Below, one piece after another: positions 1-10,186 of a DNA stretch of 64,000 nucleotides (the stretch's first letter is position 1; the number at the start of each line of letters is the position of its first letter). The DNA is taken from positions 320,001-384,000 of the forward strand of contig CAVYNY010000010.1 of NCBI GenBank assembly GCA_963769935.1. Reading direction: 5' to 3'. The stretch is from an uncultured delta proteobacterium. GTDB lineage: Bacteria; Desulfobacterota; Desulfobacteria; Desulfobacterales; JAFDCJ01. The notes under the pieces are model-generated. The model ran no database searches. It had not been told where the DNA came from and was given only the letters and a program-made list of their open reading frames with translations. The position numbers and the translations under genes are program-made.

Positions 1-1
1 G

Positions 2-634
2 GCCATTGCCGGTGACTTCGTTTTTATCAATGTTCTGCCCCATGTCGTGGAAGACGTGGTAAAAGAGTTCCGCCGGGAGGGGTTTCCACCGGACAAAGTT
101 ATTGTCACTGTGGCGGCCGGAATTCCCATGAAAACTTATGAGGTGCTGGGGGATCAGATAGCGGTGGTCCGGGCCCTGCCGAACCCGCCGAGCCGCATCG
201 GGAAGGGCATCGCGGCGCTGGCCTTCAACCCGCATGTCCCGGAAGACCGGGCCCAGGATATCTTTGAGTTGTTTTCCTGTCTGGGAGAGTATGTCGTCGT
301 CAGAGAAGCGCACGTCAATACAGTCATGGCGTTGAGCAGCCCGGCCATCACTTATCTGCTATTCCAATCTTTGATCGATGCCGGCGTCCGCGCGGGACTG
401 GATCGCGGAAGGTCGACCAAAGTCGTTTATCAAACGATCACCGGCGCCATGGAAGTCTGGAAGACCCGCCAGGCGCCGCCCTATGAATTAGTCGGCGAAG
501 CCAGCACGCCGGGCGGAATCTCGATTGAAAGCCTGTTTACCCTGGAAACATATGCCTTTAAAGCCGCCGTCATGGAAGCCATCGACAGTGCCATCCGACG
601 AGCTGAAGAACTGAGCCAGGGAGTAGGTGTTTAA
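2..634 (+). CDS. proC: Pyrroline-5-carboxylate reductase family protein (5' end outside window)
   Basis: Frame is open from position 2. Motifs VTVAAGI, VVRALPNPP and STPGGIS match the ProC SxAAG, RxMPN and SPGGTT motifs. Confidence 0.8.
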   Translation, partial: AIAGDFVFINVLPHVVEDVVKEFRREGFPPDKVIVTVAAGIPMKTYEVLGDQIAVVRALPNPPSRIGKGIAALAFNPHVPEDRAQDIFELFSCLGEYVVVREAHVNTVMALSSPAITYLLFQSLIDAGVRAGLDRGRSTKVVYQTITGAMEVWKTRQAPPYELVGEASTPGGISIESLFTLETYAFKAAVMEAIDSAIRRAEELSQGVGV

Positions 635-645
635 AAACGTTCCCG

Positions 646-996
646 TTAAACCACATGCCCTTCTTCCGGCACGATACATATAAACCGGAACATTCCTTCT
701 CCCACATTTCTGTACTGGTGCCGGCTGCCGGCAGGAACATAGGCATACGAGCCTGTCTCGACGGGTGTGTCCTTGCCGTCAATGTGCAAGGTGCCCCGGC
801 CTTCAAGAATATAATTGATGTGAGGCCATTCATGGGTGTGCCGTGGGCTGTATCCGCCTTCGGCCAATTCGACCACCCGCATGACATATCCTTCCCAGCC
901 CTCCTTCGGTGAAATCAACGCCTTCATGGCGGCGTTTTTTACTTCCGGGCTCTGCATGACCATTGAGGGAACATCTTTTTCATTGGCTACGATCAT
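646..996 (-). CDS. Cupin domain protein
   Basis: 116 aa with PRHTHEWPH and VPAGSRHQYRN cupin motifs. Confidence 0.85.
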   Translation of the reverse strand: MIVANEKDVPSMVMQSPEVKNAAMKALISPKEGWEGYVMRVVELAEGGYSPRHTHEWPHINYILEGRGTLHIDGKDTPVETGSYAYVPAGSRHQYRNVGEGMFRFICIVPEEGHVV

Positions 997-1055
997 AATA
1001 TTCGCTCCTTTTTTAATTAATTTCCGTCTGAATTTAGTCTTTAAATATCATTTAA

Positions 1056-1154
1056 CCACGAATTGACACGAATAATCACGAATTATGGCAACAGCCCAAG
1101 TCAGGAACACTTTAATAAAAAAATTAATTCGTGAAAATTCGTGTTCATTCGTGG
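1056..1154. repeat. Intergenic inverted repeat made of 10-bp-period CACGAA units
   Basis: ccacgaattgacacgaataatcacgaatt (1056-1084) faces aattcgtgaaaattcgtgttcattcgtgg (1126-1154). Confidence 0.8.
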
Positions 1155-1243
1155 CTTGTTTCAGTTTTCTGAAGTGATACGAATTGCCTAATAAAATGTG
1201 ATTTCATACTTGATTGTCAACATCCGGCCATCCACTATAGGTG

Positions 1244-3007
1244 CTAAGCTATTTTGATTAATGGACATCGAACATCGAACGTCCAACGTTGAACATCGAA
1301 TAATTGTGTCCCTCCGCTCCGCATTTTAATTTCTTTTGTTTTTAAAGCTCCGATATCAAAAAATGAATTTCTCCTCCTAATTCTTAATCTTTTCCCATTC
1401 AACATTCGATGTTGAAAGTTAGATGTTCGATGTTCATTTTTTTCCACTGGAATAAGCAAGCTTAAGATCAGGCATACCAGGGAGGCAAAGAACGCTATCC
1501 AGAACACCATCGAAACACCGCGGGCAACCGCCTCCTGCAGTGTTTTTTGAATATCAGGGTCAAGCAGGGCCTGGACTTCCGGTCGGAAAATGTTTTCAAT
1601 ACTCTGCTTCAGCTGGACATGCAATGACGGCGGCAAATTTTTCAAACCGGTATTCATCAAAGATTCCATAACATTTGACAATGTCAGGGTTACAAAACTT
1701 CCCGATATGCCGACGCCGATGGTCCCGCCCAGGGTTCTGAAAAATTGTTGCGAGGCGGTCGCAATCCCCAGATCCGACATATCCAGGCTGTCCTGCACCA
1801 CCAGCAGGGTCGCCATCGAAACAAACCCCATACCGATTCCGGCAAATCCCAAAACAACGGAGCAGGCCGCCAGGGAAGTGGCGGTCGTAAACGTGAGCAG
1901 AATTCCACCACTCGCGGCCAGGCACAGGGAGCCGAAGACCGTCGACGGTTTCTTGCCCAATCGATGCACAATCTGTCCGCATCCCAGGGCACCGGCCGAC
2001 CATCCCAGGCTCAAAGACAGCATCGCCACACTCATCTGCAACGGTGTTTTGCCCAAGGCACCCTGTATAAAAAGCGGACTGTAGGCAAACAGGGAAAAAA
2101 TCGCAAAACTGGCCAGAAACGCCGCCCCATTGCCGATACTGAAACCGCGCCTTCCAAAAAAACCCAGGGAAAGAATCGGTTCCCGCGCTCTTCTTTCGGC
2201 ATAAAAAAAGGCCACACCCGCCGCGATGGTAATTATTGACAGGCCGACGATTTGAGGGGATACCCAGTCGTAGGAGCGTCCTGCCAGCAGAAAAACGGTC
2301 AACAATCCCAGGATGGCCGTTGATAGGGTCAACGCTCCCCAATAATCGATGTCAGCCTCTTTCTTTTTGTCACGGACCTCGACCAGATACAGGACGACAC
2401 CCAGCAGGGACAATGCACCCAGGGGCACATTGACAAAAAAAATCCAGCGCCAGGATAAATAGGTCACAACCAAACCGCCGAACGTCGGGCCCAGAACGCT
2501 GGCCAACCCCCAGATAAAGCTTCCCAGGGACAGCGTCTTGCCGCGGTTCTCGGGTGAAGATATGTCCGCCAATACGATATAAACCAGGGCAAAGTTGCCG
2601 CCGGCGCCGATGCCCTGAAGCATGCGGGATAAAATCAGCTGCGTCATGCTTTGTGCCAGTCCCGCCAGAATCGAGCCCAACAAAAAAATACAGATCGAAA
2701 TAATGTAGAGCCGGCGGGATTTGAAAATATCGGCCAGCTTGCCGAAAATAGGCAAAGCGACTGCCCGCGCAAGCAGGTAGGCCGAATACACCCAGCTGTA
2801 AAGCTCAAGACCCCCTAAATCGGCGACGATGGTGGGCATGGCGGCCGACATCACCAGCGAATCCAGGGCACCCAGAAACAGCGCCAGCAGCGCGGCCATA
2901 ATTATATATTTTCTGCTGCGTTCGCTGATAACTGCCGCCGGCTGGCGTGCTTTCCCGCTTATGGAATGGGATTCAGCATCGATTTCTGCGCGTTGATCAC
3001 GAGACAA
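1244..3007 (-). CDS. MFS drug:H+ antiporter (DHA2, 14-TMS type) with a repeat-derived C-terminal tail
   Basis: ALFLGALD..AMPTIVADL, GKLADIFKSRR, RMLQGIGAGG and WRWIFFVNVP motifs; many TM segments. Start uncertain. Confidence 0.88.
   Translation of the reverse strand: MSRDQRAEIDAESHSISGKARQPAAVISERSRKYIIMAALLALFLGALDSLVMSAAMPTIVADLGGLELYSWVYSAYLLARAVALPIFGKLADIFKSRRLYIISICIFLLGSILAGLAQSMTQLILSRMLQGIGAGGNFALVYIVLADISSPENRGKTLSLGSFIWGLASVLGPTFGGLVVTYLSWRWIFFVNVPLGALSLLGVVLYLVEVRDKKKEADIDYWGALTLSTAILGLLTVFLLAGRSYDWVSPQIVGLSIITIAAGVAFFYAERRAREPILSLGFFGRRGFSIGNGAAFLASFAIFSLFAYSPLFIQGALGKTPLQMSVAMLSLSLGWSAGALGCGQIVHRLGKKPSTVFGSLCLAASGGILLTFTTATSLAACSVVLGFAGIGMGFVSMATLLVVQDSLDMSDLGIATASQQFFRTLGGTIGVGISGSFVTLTLSNVMESLMNTGLKNLPPSLHVQLKQSIENIFRPEVQALLDPDIQKTLQEAVARGVSMVFWIAFFASLVCLILSLLIPVEKNEHRTSNFQHRMLNGKRLRIRRRNSFFDIGALKTKEIKMRSGGTQLFDVQRWTFDVRCPLIKIA
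1263..1436. repeat. Inverted repeat made of 7-bp-period AACATCG units, inside the MFS 3' end
   Basis: gacatcgaacatcgaacgtccaacgttgaacatcgaa faces cattcaacattcgatgttgaaagttagatgttcgatgttca. Confidence 0.8.
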
Positions 3008-3409
3008 AATTTGTCGAACCGCCTCTCCGGAAGAAGTAATTTTGGGTTAGGTCCTTTACCATTGCGCTTTTTTCTGGTAATTTTTTAACCGTCTTGCAAC
3101 CTGACCGGTTCCAGGCCCAATCGGTTGAGGAATCACGGGTGGTTTTTCAACTGTTTTTATTCGCATCTGAATTTGGGTGCGATATTCAGGTGGTGAATAC
3201 GATAAAAAATGCATGCAGTAAAACACGGATTGCCCATTAAATCAATGGCGCGCATCGTCCTCCGTTTGGAATCTTTGAACCCTTTGCCGTCTGTGCTTCC
3301 GAGCCGCGGGCTCTAATTGTCGGAGGCCGAACGGGGCTGAGCCTTGAACCCTGCTTGTAGGACCGAAGGGCGGAGTCCTAAACCCTGAGCCCGTGTAAAG
3401 GAGAATATC

Positions 3410-4498
3410 ATGAAAATCTATCCCATCCCGATGGTGCCGGGACCGGTAAAAGTAGCACAGCAGGTTTTAGATGCCTATCAGTTCAATTACGGTTCGGCCG
3501 ATCTCGAGGCCGAATTTCTCGATTTATACAACCGCACCGAGGCCAACCTGAAAACCATTATGGCCACCCAAAACCAGGTCGTCATTCAATCCGGCGAAGG
3601 CATGCTCGCGCTGTGGGGAGCCTTGACAAGCTGCCTTGTTTCCGGCGATCGGGTGCTGTCCATTGCTACCGGCGTGTTCGGCGACGGCATCGGCGACATG
3701 GCTGCGTCTATCGGCGCCGAGGTGCGCAAAATCAGTCTGCCGTATGATCAAACCATCGCGGATATGGAGCAAATCAAAACCGAGATCTCGGCCTTCAAGC
3801 CGAAAATGATCACCGCGGTTCACTGTGAAACCCCCTCCGGCACGCTGAACCCCCTGGAAGCGCTCGGCCGCATTAAAAAAGACCTTGAAGTCCCGTTGCT
3901 CTATGTGGATGCCGTTTCAAGCATCGGCGGCGCGCCGGTTTTGACCGATGCATGGAATATCGACCTGTGTCTGGGGGGATCCCAGAAGTGCCTGTCTTCC
4001 CTGCCGGATATAGCGTTTCTGTCCGTCAGCGATGCCGCCTGGGAAATTATCGAGCAGGTGGACTACAACGGCTATGATGCCTTAAAACCTTTCCGAACGG
4101 CCCAGTCCAGACATTATTTTCCCTGCACCCCCAACTGGCACGGGATCGCCGGCCTCAACGCCGGCGCAGAACTTATTTTAAAGGAAGGACTTGCCGACAG
4201 CTTCAAACGCCACGCCGAAGTTGCCCGATTTTGCCGCACCCAAATAGTGGAGATGGGGCTGACGCTTTTCCCCTCGGCGAGCGCCGTTCCCGCCCCCACG
4301 GTCACGGCGGTCAACGTCCCCCAAGGTGCAACCTGGCGGGAATTTGATGCAAAACTGCGCCGCCAGGGACTGGTGGTGGCCGGAAGCTATGGACCGCTGG
4401 CAGATAAAGTTTTCCGGTTGGGCCACATGGGCACCCAGGCGGACCGGAATCTGGTTGCCCAGGCGATGGAAGTAATACGCAAGGCTTTACAATTTTAA
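3410..4498 (+). CDS. Class V PLP aminotransferase (alanine-glyoxylate / serine-pyruvate family)
   Basis: MVPGP, VHCETPSG, DAVSSIGG, GSQKCL (PLP Lys) and FRLGHMG; AAGGAG RBS. Confidence 0.88.
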   Translation: MKIYPIPMVPGPVKVAQQVLDAYQFNYGSADLEAEFLDLYNRTEANLKTIMATQNQVVIQSGEGMLALWGALTSCLVSGDRVLSIATGVFGDGIGDMAASIGAEVRKISLPYDQTIADMEQIKTEISAFKPKMITAVHCETPSGTLNPLEALGRIKKDLEVPLLYVDAVSSIGGAPVLTDAWNIDLCLGGSQKCLSSLPDIAFLSVSDAAWEIIEQVDYNGYDALKPFRTAQSRHYFPCTPNWHGIAGLNAGAELILKEGLADSFKRHAEVARFCRTQIVEMGLTLFPSASAVPAPTVTAVNVPQGATWREFDAKLRRQGLVVAGSYGPLADKVFRLGHMGTQADRNLVAQAMEVIRKALQF

Positions 4499-5252
4499 GA
4501 CTTGACGGCAAAGTGCACCGCTGTCTGCGACTCGGGCGTCAGCTTTCGCCCGAGACCGATGACACCGTTCCCCAGCCCTTGGATCTCTTCCCGTTTGAGG
4601 AGGACACCTCTTTTCCCCTGCCGGTTTCAACCACGGCCGAGTCAATTTTTGCCGGCTGAAATCTGAAGATACCATCGTCCCTGACCCAAAATACATGATT
4701 TACCCTATTTAACTAATAAGTTTCTTATGGTTATTTGGTGAAAAAATAAAACTCTTGCCCAAATAATAATTGTTCCAGCCCGCTCTAAGCTGTTTGGATT
4801 AAATGCTTTTTTTCAATGAAGTTTCTTTTTCAAAAGGACAATGCCGTTGGCCGAAGCCCAGGCGCTGACCATATGGATGGCGCTTCTGGCATTGCTTTTA
4901 TCGTGAGAGGGAATGCCGTGGGGCAGTTGCAGAAAGTCCTTGAACCAGTCAAATTTTCACTGATCTAATACTTCGATAGATTCCCACGAATTGGTGGGCG
5001 CCTTCATCTATTGTTGATGCTAATTCTAAATACGTTTGCCCTGTGCGTTTATCGACGAGGGGGGAATCGAAACAACGTTTTCCAAAAACGCCTGCGAAGG
5101 TATGCCATATCTGAAGCCTGACCTAGCGCCCTGGGAGACGCATAACGACATGCTGGAATTTCCTGTTATATAACCGGGCCTCCATCGCTGTCTGACGATT
5201 CTCCCATCAGAACAATATAATAACTTCCGTCACCCAAAAAGGAGGAAATTCG

Positions 5253-7325
5253 ATGCAAGTCCTTAAATCTCTCTGCATGGTCAGCCTGATGATGTTTTCA
5301 ATTTTGATCGTGCTCCCTGTCGGGGTCCAGGCCCAAGCGGTACAAACGAAACCGCAGTCGGACACATCCCCGCAAGGAACGGTGGAATCGACAGGGAAGC
5401 CGGATCAACTGGATCAGCATTTTCAAAAAGCACAAGCTGATTTGATCCGGAAAAACAATTCCGGCGCTGCCGCTGAACTTCAGAAAGCAGCCGCGCTTCT
5501 GGAAGATGAAGAGAAGCAATCCGGCAGTGATGCAAAACAACTGCTCGGCGATTCGGTTCGGGGGCTGAAACAACTGGGCCGGGAGTTGGAGGTTGGGACG
5601 GTCGTGCCGGAGGAAAAAATCCGGAAGATCTTTGCCCAAGCCCATCAAGCCCTGGCCCAAAATTACCAGCTGAAAGCCTCTGAATCCAGAACCCAAAAGA
5701 TGGCATCAAATCTTGGGCAGGATATTAATGGCGCAGCCGAACACCTCGAAAAAGCCTGGTATTGGTCCGGTCATCAGCTGGACGCCGCCGGCAAAGCCGT
5801 CATCGAACGTTCCAAGCAGATTGGGGAAAAAATCGAATCAGGGGTGAAATTGGCCGCCGCTGAAGCCGCAAAAAGCATCGATGATTTAGGAAATGAAATC
5901 GGAAAATTCGGGAAGCAGTTGACCTTGGAAAATTCGCCGAAAGTCATTTTCGCCGCAGCCAAACAAGAGGTTGGAACGAGCAAAGAGGCAAACAATTCCG
6001 GAATTGACCTCACCACTGCCATTATTCAAGTCGCCAAGGCGAAGATACCCACTGTCGTTCATATCACGGTAACCGAACGCCAGGAAGTTGCCAATCCCTT
6101 ATTGCCTTTCGAAAGCAATCCCTTCTTTCGCCGCTATTTCAATCTTCCCAAAAAAATGCCTAAAAAGTTCGAACGCGAATTAATTGGGGTCGGATCAGGA
6201 ATCATCATAGATTCCCAGGGACATATCGTCACCAACAACCATGTTGTTGGGGGTGCAACCAAGATCGAGGTAAAGCTTTCCGATGGCAGCATTTATTCCG
6301 CCAAGGTTCTGGGGACCGATCCCAAAACCGATCTCGGGGTGATTCAAATTTCAGCCGATGCCCCTCTTCCCTTCGCCACTTTTGCGGATTCCGATAAAGT
6401 TGAGGTGGGCCAATGGGTCGTGGCCATAGGCCAACCCGAGAGCCTGAGTGAGAGCGTATCGCAGGGAGTCATCAGCGCCAAGCATCGGACCGGAATTACT
6501 GACCCGAGCACCTATCAGGACTTTCTGCAAACCGATGCCGCAATTAATCCGGGAAACAGCGGCGGACCGCTGTTGGACCTTAATGGGAATGTCATCGGAA
6601 TCAATTCGGCGATCTTTTCCACAACGGGTGGATTTCAAGGGATCGGTTTTGCGATCCCCAGTAATATGGCTGCGCATGTGGCCGACGCTTTGATGAAGTA
6701 CGGGAAGGTTGAGCGCGGGTGGCTGGGGGTCACCCTTCAGGAACTGACGCCGAAGCTTGCCCAATCCTTTGGATTATCAACGCCCAGGGGCGCCCTGGTT
6801 ACCCAGGTGACAAAAGGCGGACCGGCGGCTAAAGCCGGTATTGAAGCCGGCGATGTGATAACGGCAATGCAGGGCAAACAAATTTCGGACGTCGCCCAGA
6901 TCCGCAACGCCATAGCCGATACGCCTATCGGGCAGGAAGTCGACCTGACCATCTTGCGCAACGGCAAAAGCCAGCAAATCGAGGTTAAAATCGGCAATCT
7001 GGAAGAAATGAATAAGCAATTGGCCGCTTCACTGAAAGAGCGGTTGGGAATTCTCGTTAAACCCATCCCGGATCTACAGGCATCGGCATACGGAATGCAA
7101 CCCAGCGGGGGCGTGATGATCCAATGGGTGGATCCGAAAGGTCCGATGGGCAAAATCGGATTTGAGGTGGACGACATGATCCTGGCAGTAAACGGCCAAC
7201 CCGCCGAAGATGTGGAAACGTTTACAACCCTGGTGGACAGTTTGCCGCACGGCCGGACGGTCGTGCTGATCGTCAGAGACCACCGGACCGGTCAAGAAGG
7301 GTCGGTCAAAGTACAGTTGGGCTAG
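5253..7325 (+). CDS. Do/DegQ-family periplasmic serine protease (S1C, two PDZ) with a long N-terminal helical extension
   Basis: Signal peptide; triad TNNHVV / DPKTDL / GNSGGP; two PDZ domains; AAGGAGG RBS. Confidence 0.92.
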   Translation: MQVLKSLCMVSLMMFSILIVLPVGVQAQAVQTKPQSDTSPQGTVESTGKPDQLDQHFQKAQADLIRKNNSGAAAELQKAAALLEDEEKQSGSDAKQLLGDSVRGLKQLGRELEVGTVVPEEKIRKIFAQAHQALAQNYQLKASESRTQKMASNLGQDINGAAEHLEKAWYWSGHQLDAAGKAVIERSKQIGEKIESGVKLAAAEAAKSIDDLGNEIGKFGKQLTLENSPKVIFAAAKQEVGTSKEANNSGIDLTTAIIQVAKAKIPTVVHITVTERQEVANPLLPFESNPFFRRYFNLPKKMPKKFERELIGVGSGIIIDSQGHIVTNNHVVGGATKIEVKLSDGSIYSAKVLGTDPKTDLGVIQISADAPLPFATFADSDKVEVGQWVVAIGQPESLSESVSQGVISAKHRTGITDPSTYQDFLQTDAAINPGNSGGPLLDLNGNVIGINSAIFSTTGGFQGIGFAIPSNMAAHVADALMKYGKVERGWLGVTLQELTPKLAQSFGLSTPRGALVTQVTKGGPAAKAGIEAGDVITAMQGKQISDVAQIRNAIADTPIGQEVDLTILRNGKSQQIEVKIGNLEEMNKQLAASLKERLGILVKPIPDLQASAYGMQPSGGVMIQWVDPKGPMGKIGFEVDDMILAVNGQPAEDVETFTTLVDSLPHGRTVVLIVRDHRTGQEGSVKVQLG

Positions 7326-7369
7326 GCAACCTATTTATCTCCCATCAAAACGGAACGGAAATTAATCTC

Positions 7370-10132
7370 ATGAAACCCAACCGCGTTGATAACGGAATAT
7401 ATAATCCGAATTCCACCATCCCGCAAATGAGCGGCAGGAAGCAGTCGATTCGCCGGGTTAGGCGCCTGCCGCTTTGGCTCATGCTGCTGTCGACCGCCAT
7501 ACTGATCGCAATGTCCAATGTTTGGGCCGCCGGAAGCGGTGCCGACCAGCAAAAAGATATACTGCGTGCGACTTTGGACAACGGTCTCCGGATAATCATT
7601 ATCCGCAACACGCTGTCTCCCGTGGTTGCCACAATGGTCAATTATCGGGTAGGATCAAACGAGGCCCCGGAGGGTTTTCCCGGCACCGCCCACGCCCAGG
7701 AACACATGATGTTCCGAGGCAGCCCGGGCCTCTCAGCCAACCAACTGGCGGACATAATCGCCGCCATGGGCGGTATGTTTGATGCGGACACGCAGCAGAT
7801 TGTGACCCAATACTTCTTTGTCGTACCGGCCGAAGATCTGGATCTTGCATTGCACATCGAGGCAATCCGCATGCGAGGTGTTCTGGACAGCGAGAAATTG
7901 TGGGCCCAGGAGCGCGGTGCGATCGAGCAGGAAGTAGCCCAGGATCTGTCCGACCCTGAATACGTCTTTTATACAAAACTTCTGGCGGCCATGTTCAAGG
8001 GTACGCCGTATGCCCACGACGCCCTCGGCACCCGCGCCTCATTTGACAAGACCACGGGCGCCATGCTCAAGAAGTTCCATGATACCTGGTATGCTCCCAA
8101 CAATGCCATCCTGGTGGTTGTGGGCAACGTGGACCCCCCTAAAGCGCTGGAAGAAGTCAAAAAACTCTTCCAGGACATCCCTGCCAGAAGTCTTCCCAAA
8201 CGGCCTGAAATCAAACTGCAACCCGTAACGGCTGAGACATTCAAGCTCAAGACGGACCAGCCGTATGCGATGAGCATGATCTCCTTTCGCATGCCCGGCT
8301 ACGATAGCCCGGACTATGCGGCATCCGAGGTACTCGCCGATGTGTTGAGCAACCAGCGAAGCAACCTGTATACGTTGGTGACCGAGGGCAAGGCCCTGTT
8401 CACCGGTTTTAGCTTGAGTACGCTGCCCCAGGCAGGGTTGGGATACGCGATCGGCATGCTCCCCAAGGGAGCAAACCTGGCGGCTCTGGTCGAAAAGATC
8501 CGCCAGGTCCTGGCGGCCTATATAAAGGACGGCTTTCCAGCCGACCTGGTGGAAGCTGCCAAGCGGATCAAATTGACGAAGGCCGAGCTGCGGAAAAATT
8601 CAGTGCTCGGGCTGGCCATGACCTGGTCTCAAGCGTTGGCGATCGAGGGTCGACACTCCCCCCACGACAATCTGCTTGCCATCCAGCAGGTTACGGTGGC
8701 GGACGTAAACCGCGTGGCCCGCAAATACCTTGATCTGGACCATGCCATTGTGGGCCTTCTCACGCCGGAAGCCTCGGGCAAGCCTACTTCTTCGCACGGG
8801 TTCGGCGGCAAAGAGTCCTTTGCACCCCAACAGTCCAAGCCGGTAAAGTTGCCCGAATGGGCTGCCGCGGCATTAAAACGACTCGCCATCCCCCCTTCCA
8901 CATTGCAGCCTGTCGTTTTCGATCTGCCCAACGGCCTTAAACTGATCGTCCAGCCCGAATCCGTCAGCAACACCGTAAATATTTACGGTCATGTGCTCGA
9001 CCGACCTGAGCTGCAGACACCCGAAGGCCGGGAGGGCGTGGATCAGGTGATGGATCAGCTTTTTTCCTACGGCACTGAGTCCCTGGATCGTTTGGCCTTC
9101 CAGAAAGCCCTGGACGATATCGGCGCCAAGGAGTCCGCCGGAGTTGATTTTTACCTCCAGGTGCTGACACCCTACTTTGATCGCGGCCTGCAGCTTCTGG
9201 CCGAAAACCAGCTTCATCCCGCCCTGCCTGAAAAAGCCTTTAAAGTGGTGCAGCAGCAAGTGGCGGCTACCGTCGCGGGACAACTCCAAAGCCCCGGGTA
9301 TTTAGCGAGCCGGGCCGTCGATTCAGGCATTTTGCCGAAAAACGACCCCATGCTGCGTCAGGCTACCCCGAAAACCGTATCGTCTTTGACACTCCAGGAT
9401 GTAAAGGACTACTATCAGAAGGTCTTACGGCCTGATATGACCACCATCGTGGTCATCGGCGCGGTGACACCCGAAAATGCCAGGGCGGTGATCGAAAAAT
9501 ACTTCGGCGCATGGAAGGCAACGGGTCCCAAGCCCAACACGCTTCTGCCGCCGGTACCACTCAACAAATCCTCCGCAACGGCCGTGCCGGACAGCAGCCG
9601 GATCCAGGACAAGGTAACGCTGGCCCAAAGCCTTGAACTGAATCGTTCCAACCCGGATTATTACGCCCTGGAGCTGGGCAATCACGTTCTTGGCGGCGCT
9701 TTTTATGCGACCCGTCTTTATCGGGACCTGCGCGAAAGAAACGGTCTTGTCTATTATGTCTCCTCTTCTTTTGACCTGGGTCGGACACGCGGCCGCTATG
9801 TTGTAGAATATGCCTGTAATCCGTCCAACGTCGACAAGGCCCGCGTCATCGTACAAGAAGACCTGCGGGAAATGCAGAACGAGCCGGTGAGTCCCGAGGA
9901 GCTCCGGCAGGCAGCAGCATTGCTGCTGCGGGAAATCCCTCTTTCCGAGTCGAGCATAGACGGCATCGCTGAGGGGCTGATCGATCGAACCGTTCTCAAC
10001 CTGCCGCTCAATGAACCGACCCTGGCTGCTCAACATTATGTAAGGCTCACTGCCGAGCAGGTCAGGACAGCCTTTGCCCGGTGGGTGCGCCCCACTGACC
10101 TGGTTCAGGTAACCCAGGGGCCGCAACCCTAA
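7370..10132 (+). CDS. M16 (pitrilysin-like) zinc peptidase, exported, both halves fused
   Basis: Inverted zincin HAQEH, WYAPNNA, RLYRDLRERNGLVYYV. True start may be a downstream Met. Confidence 0.9.
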   Translation: MKPNRVDNGIYNPNSTIPQMSGRKQSIRRVRRLPLWLMLLSTAILIAMSNVWAAGSGADQQKDILRATLDNGLRIIIIRNTLSPVVATMVNYRVGSNEAPEGFPGTAHAQEHMMFRGSPGLSANQLADIIAAMGGMFDADTQQIVTQYFFVVPAEDLDLALHIEAIRMRGVLDSEKLWAQERGAIEQEVAQDLSDPEYVFYTKLLAAMFKGTPYAHDALGTRASFDKTTGAMLKKFHDTWYAPNNAILVVVGNVDPPKALEEVKKLFQDIPARSLPKRPEIKLQPVTAETFKLKTDQPYAMSMISFRMPGYDSPDYAASEVLADVLSNQRSNLYTLVTEGKALFTGFSLSTLPQAGLGYAIGMLPKGANLAALVEKIRQVLAAYIKDGFPADLVEAAKRIKLTKAELRKNSVLGLAMTWSQALAIEGRHSPHDNLLAIQQVTVADVNRVARKYLDLDHAIVGLLTPEASGKPTSSHGFGGKESFAPQQSKPVKLPEWAAAALKRLAIPPSTLQPVVFDLPNGLKLIVQPESVSNTVNIYGHVLDRPELQTPEGREGVDQVMDQLFSYGTESLDRLAFQKALDDIGAKESAGVDFYLQVLTPYFDRGLQLLAENQLHPALPEKAFKVVQQQVAATVAGQLQSPGYLASRAVDSGILPKNDPMLRQATPKTVSSLTLQDVKDYYQKVLRPDMTTIVVIGAVTPENARAVIEKYFGAWKATGPKPNTLLPPVPLNKSSATAVPDSSRIQDKVTLAQSLELNRSNPDYYALELGNHVLGGAFYATRLYRDLRERNGLVYYVSSSFDLGRTRGRYVVEYACNPSNVDKARVIVQEDLREMQNEPVSPEELRQAAALLLREIPLSESSIDGIAEGLIDRTVLNLPLNEPTLAAQHYVRLTAEQVRTAFARWVRPTDLVQVTQGPQP

Positions 10133-10186
10133 CAGGAGGCCAATTTTCGTTTTTCTGAAAAATCTTACCTCATCGGCGGTGGTGGA

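Noticed and set aside
1056..1436. Short repeats as a CRISPR array
   Set aside because: Units are 7-10 bp, degenerate and inverted, with no unique spacers and no cas genes.
4487..5250. Long intergenic region with an 8-bp hairpin (4531-4554) and a 69-aa ORF as an ncRNA, terminator or small gene
   Set aside because: No U-tract, recognisable RNA motif or protein motif; an Rfam search would be needed.
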